From Dehalococcoidia bacterium (GTDB lineage: Bacteria > Chloroflexota > Dehalococcoidia > Lucifugimonadales > UBA3495): a stretch of 47,600 bases of DNA. Each line of letters opens with the position of its first letter. Position 1 is the first letter of the stretch. The translations under genes and the position numbers were made by a program. This document shows positions 26,980-35,819 of the stretch, in pieces. Below the pieces are notes generated by a model that did not search any database, was not told where the DNA came from, and worked only from the letters and a program-made list of their open reading frames with translations. The stretch covers positions 1-47,600 of the forward strand of contig JASLXV010000098.1 in the NCBI GenBank assembly GCA_030740155.1, given 5' to 3'.

Positions 26980-29900
26980 CTAATCCCCGGCCGCAGCCAC
27001 GGCCGCAGGAAGATCGGCTATGAGAACCCTCACGTCGTCGTTCACCTGAATCGTTGGCGACGGCGGGGCGTCGGTCCGGGGTATGGGTAAGGTCAACAAG
27101 CGAGACAGAAACTCGCCGATGACCTGCCCTCGGAACCCGTCCCACGCCTGGAAACACCGTCGGATATAGTGTGCCACCGCCGATTTGTGAGAGGCGGCGC
27201 CCAGCATCTGGTTGGAAATCAAACCCTGCAACTCACTGATATGGCTCCTCCACAAATCGTCACCGGTCTGAAGAAAGACATTCCTGGCCAAGTCCGAGAA
27301 TTCCTGCCGTCCCAGCCCATCTTCCAGCCGTTCCAGCTTGCCGATGAACAACCGGCCAAGTTCCTGAGGCAGCAGGTTAAAATCGCCACCGAACAGTTCG
27401 GAGCAATCCACTCCATGATCCAATTGGACTTCATCCACGAGGCAGCCGAATTGGCCGGCATATTGCTCCAAGGTTATCGCGGGGAAGTGGCGCGCCACCA
27501 ATCGCGCCGCACCCTCCCGAGCCGAGCCGACGCAAAGATCCTTCAGGGTATTCGCGGCCATCACCCGGCGCCGCCAGCGGTAAAACAGGTCGGTCTGGAG
27601 GTCCACCACCGCCGCATAGTCTTGGATCAGGCCCCGCTGAGCTTCACCCTCCCGCTCGGCCATCTCCTGCACGCCCCGGATGTGCTCCTCGACCGCCGGC
27701 CCTGCCAGATAGATTCGGCCCGCCGCGTCCACTTCTCGGCAGTTGCCCAGCTTCAACACCCCGTCGACGTGAAGATTGATGAGGTTATCTTCCAGGGAGA
27801 GGATGGACCGGGTGACGCCGAAGCCGCCCTGCCGGCCGCTCCGGCCGTTGAGCTGGAGGTCGATTCGCGGCGTGTCGTGAATTTCAGTCCCGATGACGTG
27901 GAGCCCCAGAGAGAAGTCCAGGATGACCTGGCCATGGTCCGGACTCCCGTTCCCGATCAATGTAATCCGTAGCTGATGGCGGCCCCCAAGCTCTTCCCGG
28001 GCCGTGCAAAACAGGGTGGAGTTCGCCAGCTCGGCCTCCAGGATACCGGCTTCCGTTGGCGAGTGGCAGCTTACCAGCACGGACCCGGCGTCGCCGGACA
28101 GGAGCCGGCCGATGAGCTGGACGTACCGTCCCGCGATCCCGGCGCTGAGGCCGGGCTGCAAGAGGATGTCGGTGCCCCTACCGGCCATGTTCGTCGCCAC
28201 GGTGACCGCACCGAGGTTCCCGGCGTCCTTGATGGTTTGCGCTTCCAGATGACAGCTCAACGCGTTGAGCAGGTTATGGCCGATCCCCTCTTCCGACAAC
28301 AAGCGGCTGAGTTCTTCCGAGCGCTCCACCGTCTGTGTTCCGACCAGAACCGGCTGGCCGACGCGATGACAGGCGATCACCTGGTCCAGAATGGCCGAGA
28401 GCTTCTCCTTTCTGGTCAGATACACTTTGTATCCCAGGTCGACCCGGTTGAGGGGCCGGGCCGGAGGAAGTACCGCGACCGGCAAACCGTACTTCCGCAA
28501 GAACTCGTCCGAGGAACTCGACGCGGTGCCGGTCATCCCGGAAATGCTCTCGTACCTTCGAACGAATCCTTCGACGGAAATCTGTCCCAGCGTTTCACAG
28601 TCCGCGTGGGGGGTGACACCCTCTTTGGCTTCCAGGGCCGCGTGCAAACCCTGCTGGTAGATACAATCCGCCTTGGGCCGCCCGGTAGACCGGTCGATCA
28701 AGACTATGGAGTCCTCGGTGTCGAAATAATCCACGTCCCGGTGGAGCAGCAGGAAAGCCCGAAGCATCTGGTAGACCTGGCTGCCGAGGTTGTATTGGCG
28801 GGCCAGCCTCCGGCTGATCCCGTCGGACTTCTTCCGGCGCTGCGCCAGCGTCCAATCCTGCCTCGCCCGGATGGAATCCAACGATTCCTCCAGGGCCCGG
28901 CCGTCGTGGAATGGTCCCAGACGTTGCTCCAGGAAATCCCGGCCCTTTTCGGTCAGGGTGACGAACCGATGGCCGGGGTCGATGGCGTAATAAAGCTCCG
29001 GCGTGAGATCGGCGAAGTCCAGGTCGGCGACGGCCTGCAACCGTCTGAACCAGCCTGGATGTTCGGACAAATACTCCTTCAACGTGGAATTCTCCGGCTC
29101 CGCCAGCAGCAATTGGGCCAGCAGCCGAGTTTCGGTACCGGAGTCGAGTCCCGGCCGGGAGAGTTGGCCGGGCAGGCCCTGGGCTTCCTCACGCTGCAGC
29201 CCGATCATCTCCGCAACGACATTCTTGACCCTGGTGGTGGCCCGGTTGTTGCCGATTGGATTTCCCGAGATTATCATCGGCGTGGCCGCCTCATCGATCA
29301 GGGCGTGATCGATCTCGTCGATGATCGCTACCTCCAGCTTTCCCTGGACCTGCGCCTCTGCGGAGAATTTCAGGTTGTCCCTGAGGAAATCGAAGCCCAA
29401 CTCCCGCATGGTGCTGTAGACAATGCCCTTGCGGTACGCCAGCTTTCTTTCTCCATCATCCATGTAACCGAGGACCGCCCCCGCGCTAATACCGAGGGAC
29501 CGGTAGACCGGGGCCAGGAGTTCCGCGTCCCGGGCGGCCAGGTAATCGTTGGCGGTGATGATGTGAACCGAGCGGCCGCGAAGGGCATGCACCACGGCCG
29601 GGAAGGCGGCGGCGATGGTTTTGCCTTCACCGGCATTCATCTCCACGATGCTTCCCTGCAACATGTGGAGCCCGGCCAGCAGTTGCTCCTCCGTGGCTTG
29701 GATGCCGAGGATGCGGCCGATCGACGCCTTGACCATCGCGAATGCCTCGGGCAATATCTCGGCTGTTCCCGAGTGCCGTGCCCGATGCCTCAGGCGCAGC
29801 ATCGCGATGTTTGGATCACCGTGGGCGTTTGATTGGAGGTCAAATCGGAGGATCCGGTCCAGAATGATCTGGCAGGCGGCGGAGGAGACTTTCCGTGACG

Positions 29901-29994
29901 CGGCCGGCCGGCGCCTTTTTTCAGAGACGCTGTTGAGCCCCTTGCTAAACAATTCGGCCGGCAACCACGAAGCGTGCAGCAACCAGAACCCCAA
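26980..29994 (-). CDS. secA: SecA-family ATPase paralog without C-terminal Zn motif
   Basis: EMNAGEGKT, TANDYLAARD, IIDEIDHALIDEA.TPMIISG, GMTGTA, GQPVLVGT, ATNMAGRGTDI, RID.QL.GRSGRQG; exact start uncertain. Confidence 0.9.
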   Translation of the reverse strand: MGFWLLHASWLPAELFSKGLNSVSEKRRRPAASRKVSSAACQIILDRILRFDLQSNAHGDPNIAMLRLRHRARHSGTAEILPEAFAMVKASIGRILGIQATEEQLLAGLHMLQGSIVEMNAGEGKTIAAAFPAVVHALRGRSVHIITANDYLAARDAELLAPVYRSLGISAGAVLGYMDDGERKLAYRKGIVYSTMRELGFDFLRDNLKFSAEAQVQGKLEVAIIDEIDHALIDEAATPMIISGNPIGNNRATTRVKNVVAEMIGLQREEAQGLPGQLSRPGLDSGTETRLLAQLLLAEPENSTLKEYLSEHPGWFRRLQAVADLDFADLTPELYYAIDPGHRFVTLTEKGRDFLEQRLGPFHDGRALEESLDSIRARQDWTLAQRRKKSDGISRRLARQYNLGSQVYQMLRAFLLLHRDVDYFDTEDSIVLIDRSTGRPKADCIYQQGLHAALEAKEGVTPHADCETLGQISVEGFVRRYESISGMTGTASSSSDEFLRKYGLPVAVLPPARPLNRVDLGYKVYLTRKEKLSAILDQVIACHRVGQPVLVGTQTVERSEELSRLLSEEGIGHNLLNALSCHLEAQTIKDAGNLGAVTVATNMAGRGTDILLQPGLSAGIAGRYVQLIGRLLSGDAGSVLVSCHSPTEAGILEAELANSTLFCTAREELGGRHQLRITLIGNGSPDHGQVILDFSLGLHVIGTEIHDTPRIDLQLNGRSGRQGGFGVTRSILSLEDNLINLHVDGVLKLGNCREVDAAGRIYLAGPAVEEHIRGVQEMAEREGEAQRGLIQDYAAVVDLQTDLFYRWRRRVMAANTLKDLCVGSAREGAARLVARHFPAITLEQYAGQFGCLVDEVQLDHGVDCSELFGGDFNLLPQELGRLFIGKLERLEDGLGRQEFSDLARNVFLQTGDDLWRSHISELQGLISNQMLGAASHKSAVAHYIRRCFQAWDGFRGQVIGEFLSRLLTLPIPRTDAPPSPTIQVNDDVRVLIADLPAAVAAAGD

Positions 29995-29996
29995 TC

Positions 29997-31067
29997 CTAG
30001 AGGGTCTTCAGTAGAGCCGCCCAGGTATAGCGGCTGGAGCTAATGTACACCAACCGGTCCCCCACCGCCAGAAATAGGTCGACGAAACTGAAGTGCACCT
30101 GTTCGTCCCGAATCACACCAACCAGGTTTACGTGCTGACTCAGCAGTTTGCTGGCGATATGCTCGTAGCTCATGGAGTCTTCCACCGGCGAGTCCACCTC
30201 GGCGCTGGCCAGCGTGCCTCTAACCAGATTACTGGTCATCGCACGGGTGAGAAGGGTCACGCCGGGGTCCTGGGTTTCTTGGACCAGCAGATTGTTGGCC
30301 ATGTCCAAAGTATAAACCAGAGCTACTCCCTCGAGGTTGTTAAACAACAGCTTGTGTTTCGGATTCAGACATTCCGCAACGACTCTCAAATGGGGGTTCA
30401 GGTGGTGGATCACCGACGCTACCGACGCGGCCACGCTGTCGCTATTGGGATCATCGTAGTTGGTGCTCAATATGATGACCCTGGTGGCGTGGCTCAGCAA
30501 CGCGCGGCGATAGGTTTCTTCCTCCAGCGGGGACCCCCGAACAAACGAAACGTTGGGATGGCTGAAAGGGAGACTGGTCAGGGTGTCGGTAACTATGAAG
30601 ATATCATCGCTTTTGTGGCTGGGGTCCGACACGAACTCTTCGATGATCTGGCGAACCCTGCCTTCGTTGGGAAAGTTGATGATCAACAGGTGGCCCTTGG
30701 CTTGAAGATTTGCCATCCCGGTCTGCTCCTTGATTCGCAGGTCTAGAACCCAGTCGACCAACATGCCGGCGGTGGTGGTGAACGCCACCAGCCCGACGAG
30801 GACGATAAACACCACGGTGCCGGCGCGCGCCCCGAGGGTCGACGCTGAATAATCTCCATATCCAATGGTGGTTATGGAGATGATGCTATACCAAAAGCTG
30901 TCGGCAATGGTCAAGTCGGGCTGGGCCGGGCTCTCGAAGAAGAAGAAGGCCAGGGCGTTCCCCAGAACACTGGCCAAGAGGACCGCGACCATTGCCAGAA
31001 TCCCGAGGCTTCTCTTCCGCCGGAACCGGCGCATCAATCTGCTGATAGAGTAAATCATTATTTGCAA
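29997..31067 (-). CDS. 2-TM potassium channel with RCK (TrkA-N) domain
   Basis: DSFWYSIISITTIGYGD pore/selectivity filter; HLLII, FVRGSP, A..VIIL, VVAEC. Confidence 0.93.
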   Translation of the reverse strand: MQIMIYSISRLMRRFRRKRSLGILAMVAVLLASVLGNALAFFFFESPAQPDLTIADSFWYSIISITTIGYGDYSASTLGARAGTVVFIVLVGLVAFTTTAGMLVDWVLDLRIKEQTGMANLQAKGHLLIINFPNEGRVRQIIEEFVSDPSHKSDDIFIVTDTLTSLPFSHPNVSFVRGSPLEEETYRRALLSHATRVIILSTNYDDPNSDSVAASVASVIHHLNPHLRVVAECLNPKHKLLFNNLEGVALVYTLDMANNLLVQETQDPGVTLLTRAMTSNLVRGTLASAEVDSPVEDSMSYEHIASKLLSQHVNLVGVIRDEQVHFSFVDLFLAVGDRLVYISSSRYTWAALLKTL

Positions 31068-31210
31068 TCGGCCCCACGATCGGGCGGCTTGATGTCCTCT
31101 AGTGTACCGTCTTGCAAATAGCTTTGCATCGGCAAAATGATGCGATATTCACTCTCCACAATCGTCATCCCGGCGAGGGCCGGGCATAAAGCCGTTTGCG
31201 AGCCACGAGA

Positions 31211-32659
31211 CTAATTCCGCAGCTTCATTATAACCAGTCCCGAATCGTGGCCCGGCCCGTCACATTCGTCCAGCCGGGCCAACAGATGACCTCGGGCCAG
31301 CAGTATCCTGGCTCCAACCTCTGGCTCCGCATCGAGAAACCACGCTCCGAGGGGTGAGTCCAGTGTCCAGCTATCGGTTATCGAGGACTCCAGCCCGGCT
31401 CGCTGGAACACGTTCAGGTACTCTTGCCGGTCCCGGCGGAACTCCTTTTCGGTTCGGAACGGAATTGGCGTCACGTAGTAGTCGCTCGAGAGGTACAACC
31501 CCAACTCATTTTCAAACACCTGCATCAGATCGGAAAACGGCCACCATCCTTCCAGGGCGAAGAAGAGATTTTCCGGTATATCCTGCGGGACCCGGTGATA
31601 GAAAAAGTCCTCCTCCGACTCCACCATCCTGGCGGTAATCGGGATTTTATCCCGATAACCCAGAATGCGCTCGGCGGCAGCGTCACGGAGGAATACGAAC
31701 GGTATGTTGCCGTTGGTCACATCCACCAGGACCCGGACGCCGTCGATGTCATATAGCAGGGCGGCGTGTTGCCAAAAGCGCATGTAACGCTTGGCGAACT
31801 GGAAATCGAAGGTGGCCAGCAGCTCTCGCAGCTTCTCCACCGGCACCGGGCCTTCCGCGTTCTCGCCGGCGATGATGTACTCGGAGGTCAGCCCGTAGTG
31901 GTCGGTCAGGAACTTCAGCGCCTGAACCTTTTCCGAACAGACGGCGCCGCCGCCTTCGATGATGTTGTCAATGGTCTCATCGCCGGACTTGTACACCAGT
32001 TTCTTGCCGATGAAGCGTGAGTAGTTTTCAAATTGACTGTTCCAGACGGTCCGGGCCAGGGCCTCCAACAGCCTCAGCTTGTCGCCGGTCCCGGTCATCT
32101 GCAGTATGGCTTCGGCATCGGCGGAGCCGACCTCACGGTCCAGGGAGGTGCGCACGAAATTGGCGTACTTCGCCTCATCCCGGGCCCATTTGCGCTTGTG
32201 GAACCCGGGCCAATTGCGGTCATAGCCGACGTCGATGCGGTCGATGGCCACGTCTATGATCGAAACGTCCTGGCCGGCAACCCGAGTCCGGTGGTTGGCC
32301 GGCACATCATCCAATCCAAGAAGCCGGCCGCCGTCCTTAAAGACAACCCCATGAAACATGTGGGTCAGGAGGCCGCGGTCGGAGCTTGCGTAGACCAGGT
32401 CTTGTATGGCGTACAGTTCGTCCGCGGAGTGCTGGGTGATCCGGGACTCCTTCAGCAAGGGTTGGATCGGCGCGCGGTAGAGGTGCTTTTCCAGCAGGGC
32501 GCCCAGAGTTAGTGAGTTATCTTCGGGCTCGATACGCAGGGCGCACTTCCTGGTTGATACCAGGTCGGTGAACTGCAGTATTTGACCGGCGGTGCTTTCC
32601 ATTGGGGCACGTTCAGAGGAAGTATCTGCCTGGCGCTTCGTTCCCTGGTTAACCATCAA
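31211..32659 (-). CDS. Transglutaminase-like/arylamine-N-acetyltransferase-fold protein with uncharacterised N-terminal domain
   Basis: GGGAVC241SEK...QH298AALLY...VLVD313VTNG Cys-His-Asp pattern. Confidence 0.7.
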   Translation of the reverse strand: MMVNQGTKRQADTSSERAPMESTAGQILQFTDLVSTRKCALRIEPEDNSLTLGALLEKHLYRAPIQPLLKESRITQHSADELYAIQDLVYASSDRGLLTHMFHGVVFKDGGRLLGLDDVPANHRTRVAGQDVSIIDVAIDRIDVGYDRNWPGFHKRKWARDEAKYANFVRTSLDREVGSADAEAILQMTGTGDKLRLLEALARTVWNSQFENYSRFIGKKLVYKSGDETIDNIIEGGGAVCSEKVQALKFLTDHYGLTSEYIIAGENAEGPVPVEKLRELLATFDFQFAKRYMRFWQHAALLYDIDGVRVLVDVTNGNIPFVFLRDAAAERILGYRDKIPITARMVESEEDFFYHRVPQDIPENLFFALEGWWPFSDLMQVFENELGLYLSSDYYVTPIPFRTEKEFRRDRQEYLNVFQRAGLESSITDSWTLDSPLGAWFLDAEPEVGARILLARGHLLARLDECDGPGHDSGLVIMKLRN

Positions 32660-32844
32660 TATGCCACCGTCCCGTCCCCGCGGAACTCGAGGGCTCCGGC
32701 CGTACGATCATTGGGCCTATTGGAGAAAAGTCTCCCCGCGGCATTCGGGGAGGGCCGGACGACATTGATCCGATTGCGAGGAACCGAGTCCTTACCGGTC
32801 CGCCGGCGGGTTATTAGGAGTCAGTCAACTCGGTTTCTTGCAAA

Positions 32845-32912
32845 TGTCATTCCGAGCCGTAGGCGAGGAATCTCATTGTTACGCTGAGATTCTTCGCTTC
32901 GCTCAGAATGAC
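32845..32912. repeat. TGTCATTCCGAG...CTCAGAATGAC palindromic repeat
   Basis: TGTCATTCCGAGCCGTAGGCGAGGAATCTC...GAGATTCTTCGCTTCGCTCAGAATGAC. Confidence 0.75.
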
Positions 32913-32976
32913 GTTGGCTATGCCTCTGTTTCTTGTTACCGGCCCTTGAACAAATTGCCAATCCTTGCCAAGGGGT

Positions 32977-33022
32977 AATTCTCCTCAAGTCCCCCTTTAT
33001 GAAGGGGGATTCAGGGGGATTT
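32977..33022. repeat. CCCCCTTT..AAGGGGGATT palindromic repeat
   Basis: Same family as 16045. Confidence 0.65.
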
Positions 33023-33075
33023 CGCTCGTCAATCCAGGCGTCTGCTCACGGATCGGCAATCATGCTGTCTAAGAG

Positions 33076-34446
33076 TCAGTCGTCGGCGGTGGGCCCAATG
33101 GCGACGGACTCGGGTATCGACGAAACCGGCGCGGTACTCGTCCGCACGGTAGTCTGGGTTATCGGCCTCCGCACCGCCTTCGGGTCGATGCCTGCTTTCA
33201 AAGCGGCCATTACGCCGGCGGCTTCCCAATAGTTCGCCACCGGGTGAAACTGTCCCGGCGCCCAGGGCAGGAGCGTCAGGTCGTTCTTCATAACCGTCCG
33301 GTTTTCCCGCACGGCGATTACCGGGATCCCTTGCTCCAGGGCGGCCAACGTCGGCAGACCCAGGCATCCGTCGGGAATTACCAGGCAGGACACGTCGCTG
33401 GCCGTCAGCACGCCATGGTGCGCCATGGCCTCGGGGCCGGTCACGATCTTCGGGCTCCTCTGGAGCCCCTTCAAGACACTCTGCATGAAGGTCAGGGAGA
33501 TCGCTTCGGCCGCCATCCTCGGATCAACCACACCCGTCTCCATGTTGGCGATCTCTTGATTTTCCAGCATGGGAGAGTGGGCGGACGGGACATCGAACAG
33601 CGTGGAGATCGTATGGGTGAGCATCGCCTCCACACCGCCCCAGGGATTGAGCATGTTGCCGTCGCTCTCGAAATAATCGATGTGGTAGCTGAGCGGAACG
33701 GCAATCACGGACGAAATGGCGACCGCATCGTAGCTCCGCCGGTGGTCGTTCAAGTTGGCGACCAGCCGGTCGATGCCTTCCACCGTGCCTCCCACCCGGC
33801 CTGAGTCCATGTATTGAGACCGCATGTCGAGGGGAGGTTCCAGCCGCAGGATCATCGGGCAGATCAGCCCATATGAGGAGCGGGCCGCATGCACCGCGTT
33901 GATAGCCGCATCCACGAAGAACTCATCTTGGTGGGCGTCGACCACCACCAGGACCCGGTTGGACCTCACGGGTTGCAGCCCGATTGACCCCATCAGCAAC
34001 CGGCTGATCGCACTCCCTTCCACGTACAGGGTGTTGGGGGAGATGTCGATCAGGTCCGACCCGTTCAAGACATTCGGGTGGGTGATCAGCGTGTCACAAA
34101 TGGAGGCCAGGAGGGTGGCGACCGGCGTCGCGTCCCCGGCGTGTCCGCCGATCTCCGCGCCGACGCCCGTCGGCACCAGCAAGACGGCGTTGAAGGCCTG
34201 ACTGTTTTCGATCAGCCTCTTGCGGAATCTCAACACCGAAGCCCGGAGGGAGGGCGCCAGGTCCCGGTGGTTTCGAAGAAGCGCGACCTCACACTTGTAC
34301 CGGCCACCCGTGGACTCGGCGACCACGATCCGGACGGGCATCTCGTCATCGGAGATATGCCGGCCTAGGCCCGAGGAGACTTGCTCCAGGATGCTGCCGC
34401 GCCCGGCATCGACCGGGAACTCGGTTTCGGTTTCATGCAGATACAT
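33076..34446 (-). CDS. DUF3326 family protein with N-terminal extension
   Basis: VLLVPTGVGAEIGGHAGDA.P, TLITHPNVLNG, YVEG, GGVEA...H, AHSP, DPR.AAE, IAV.EN, V.NY.EA.G. Confidence 0.85.
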   Translation of the reverse strand: MYLHETETEFPVDAGRGSILEQVSSGLGRHISDDEMPVRIVVAESTGGRYKCEVALLRNHRDLAPSLRASVLRFRKRLIENSQAFNAVLLVPTGVGAEIGGHAGDATPVATLLASICDTLITHPNVLNGSDLIDISPNTLYVEGSAISRLLMGSIGLQPVRSNRVLVVVDAHQDEFFVDAAINAVHAARSSYGLICPMILRLEPPLDMRSQYMDSGRVGGTVEGIDRLVANLNDHRRSYDAVAISSVIAVPLSYHIDYFESDGNMLNPWGGVEAMLTHTISTLFDVPSAHSPMLENQEIANMETGVVDPRMAAEAISLTFMQSVLKGLQRSPKIVTGPEAMAHHGVLTASDVSCLVIPDGCLGLPTLAALEQGIPVIAVRENRTVMKNDLTLLPWAPGQFHPVANYWEAAGVMAALKAGIDPKAVRRPITQTTVRTSTAPVSSIPESVAIGPTADD

Positions 34447-35689
34447 GAGACCCCATCCCGCACTGAGCTGCGAACTGATCGAAGGTGTAGTGGCTCTTCG
34501 ACACCATCTCCCCCTGGGCCGTCAACGCGTAGACCGATGGCAGAGGGACTCCGTTGAACAGGTGCGCCTTGGTCATCGTATAGGCCCCTGCGTTGTTGAA
34601 CACCACCTTGTCGCCCAGCTTGAGCTTGTGGTCGAATCGGTACACGCCGAACAGGTCTCCCGCCAAGCAGGTGCATCCCGCCAGGAGGTATTCATGGGCC
34701 GCGCCGTCATCGTGACCAACGATGTCCGGTTCGAAGTCGTATTCGAACACCTCGGGCATGTGGTTGATCGAGCTATCCAGCACCGCCACAGTCGAGCCGC
34801 CGCTCTGGAATACGTCGAGGATGGTGGACACGATGTACCCCGCCGTCCGCACGAGGGCTGATCCCGGCTCGAAGAAAACCTGAACGTCGTAGCGGGACTT
34901 CAGGAAATCCACGGCGGCGGCCAGTTCGGCGAGACCCTGTCCATCGTCGAAGAGGTAGCCGCCACCCAGGTTGACCCATTCGAGCCCGGCCAGTATCCTG
35001 CCGGCGCGAGAGTTGATGTGCTCCACGGTAGCCAGTAGCTGTCCAAAGTCGGAGGAATCACAGTTGGTGTGGAAGAGGATGCCTCGCAGGCCGGCGAAAC
35101 GAGCGGGGTCCCTATCGTATTCGGTAATCAGGTCCTCCAATGGGACCCCCAATTTTGAGCCGGGCCGGCAAGGGTCATAGCGTTCGTCATCGACGAATGA
35201 GATTTGAGGATTAATGCGTATGCCGCAACTGGTGCCGTCTTTGATGCGGTCCCGGAACCTGTCCCACTGGTTCAGGGAGTTGAAGGAGAGGAAGTCGCAG
35301 AGCGATCCAATACCCTCTACCTCGTTATCGCGAAGGCCGGGGGTGGTGATGTGTATCGACCCGCCGGGTGAGACGATGCCGCGGGCCAGCCGCGCCTCGT
35401 ATAGCGAGCTGACCGCGAACCCATCCAGGCGAGGCGCCATCACCCGCAAAGCGTCGGCAACTGAGAGCGACTTTATGGCGAACAGCAGCCGGCAAAGTCC
35501 GTCCTTCCGAATGGTCTGAGCTTGGTCGAGGAGTTGGTGAAGGATGCCCTCGTCATACACGAAGGCCGGAGTGGTGATCCGGTCGAGCCCGTCCGGGAAC
35601 GTGCGCACCCAGTCGAACGCGGGCACCCGGTCAACGGAAGGGGAGCACTGTATGGCCACATCAGGTTGTTCGATATCGATCAATCGCAC
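34433..35689 (-). CDS. nspC: Carboxynorspermidine decarboxylase-like PLP enzyme (fold III)
   Basis: TPAFVYDE, LLFAIK, SSLYEARL, SFNS..QW, GIRINP..S...YDPC...SKLG, HTNC, VNLGGG, EPG, HMPEV, TCLAGD.FG, YTM.K...FNG. Confidence 0.85.
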   Translation of the reverse strand: MRLIDIEQPDVAIQCSPSVDRVPAFDWVRTFPDGLDRITTPAFVYDEGILHQLLDQAQTIRKDGLCRLLFAIKSLSVADALRVMAPRLDGFAVSSLYEARLARGIVSPGGSIHITTPGLRDNEVEGIGSLCDFLSFNSLNQWDRFRDRIKDGTSCGIRINPQISFVDDERYDPCRPGSKLGVPLEDLITEYDRDPARFAGLRGILFHTNCDSSDFGQLLATVEHINSRAGRILAGLEWVNLGGGYLFDDGQGLAELAAAVDFLKSRYDVQVFFEPGSALVRTAGYIVSTILDVFQSGGSTVAVLDSSINHMPEVFEYDFEPDIVGHDDGAAHEYLLAGCTCLAGDLFGVYRFDHKLKLGDKVVFNNAGAYTMTKAHLFNGVPLPSVYALTAQGEMVSKSHYTFDQFAAQCGMGSHVSA

Positions 35690-35819
35690 GTGGACCCACG
35701 GGATTCTTCAAGCGGATCGAGCCCGGGTGTCTGGAAGCGTGGTCGGGGAGTATTCTAGCACACCGGTGCGGGGGCGGCATAGGACGCCGTATCTGCGGGC
35801 CGGGCGGACATCATCCGGC

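Noticed and set aside
27976..29832. 618-aa plus-strand ORF (also 42167..43375, 40383..41459, 14219..15163, 26161..27090, 12912..13613)
   Set aside because: Antisense shadows of well-supported genes in GC-rich DNA, with no family motifs.
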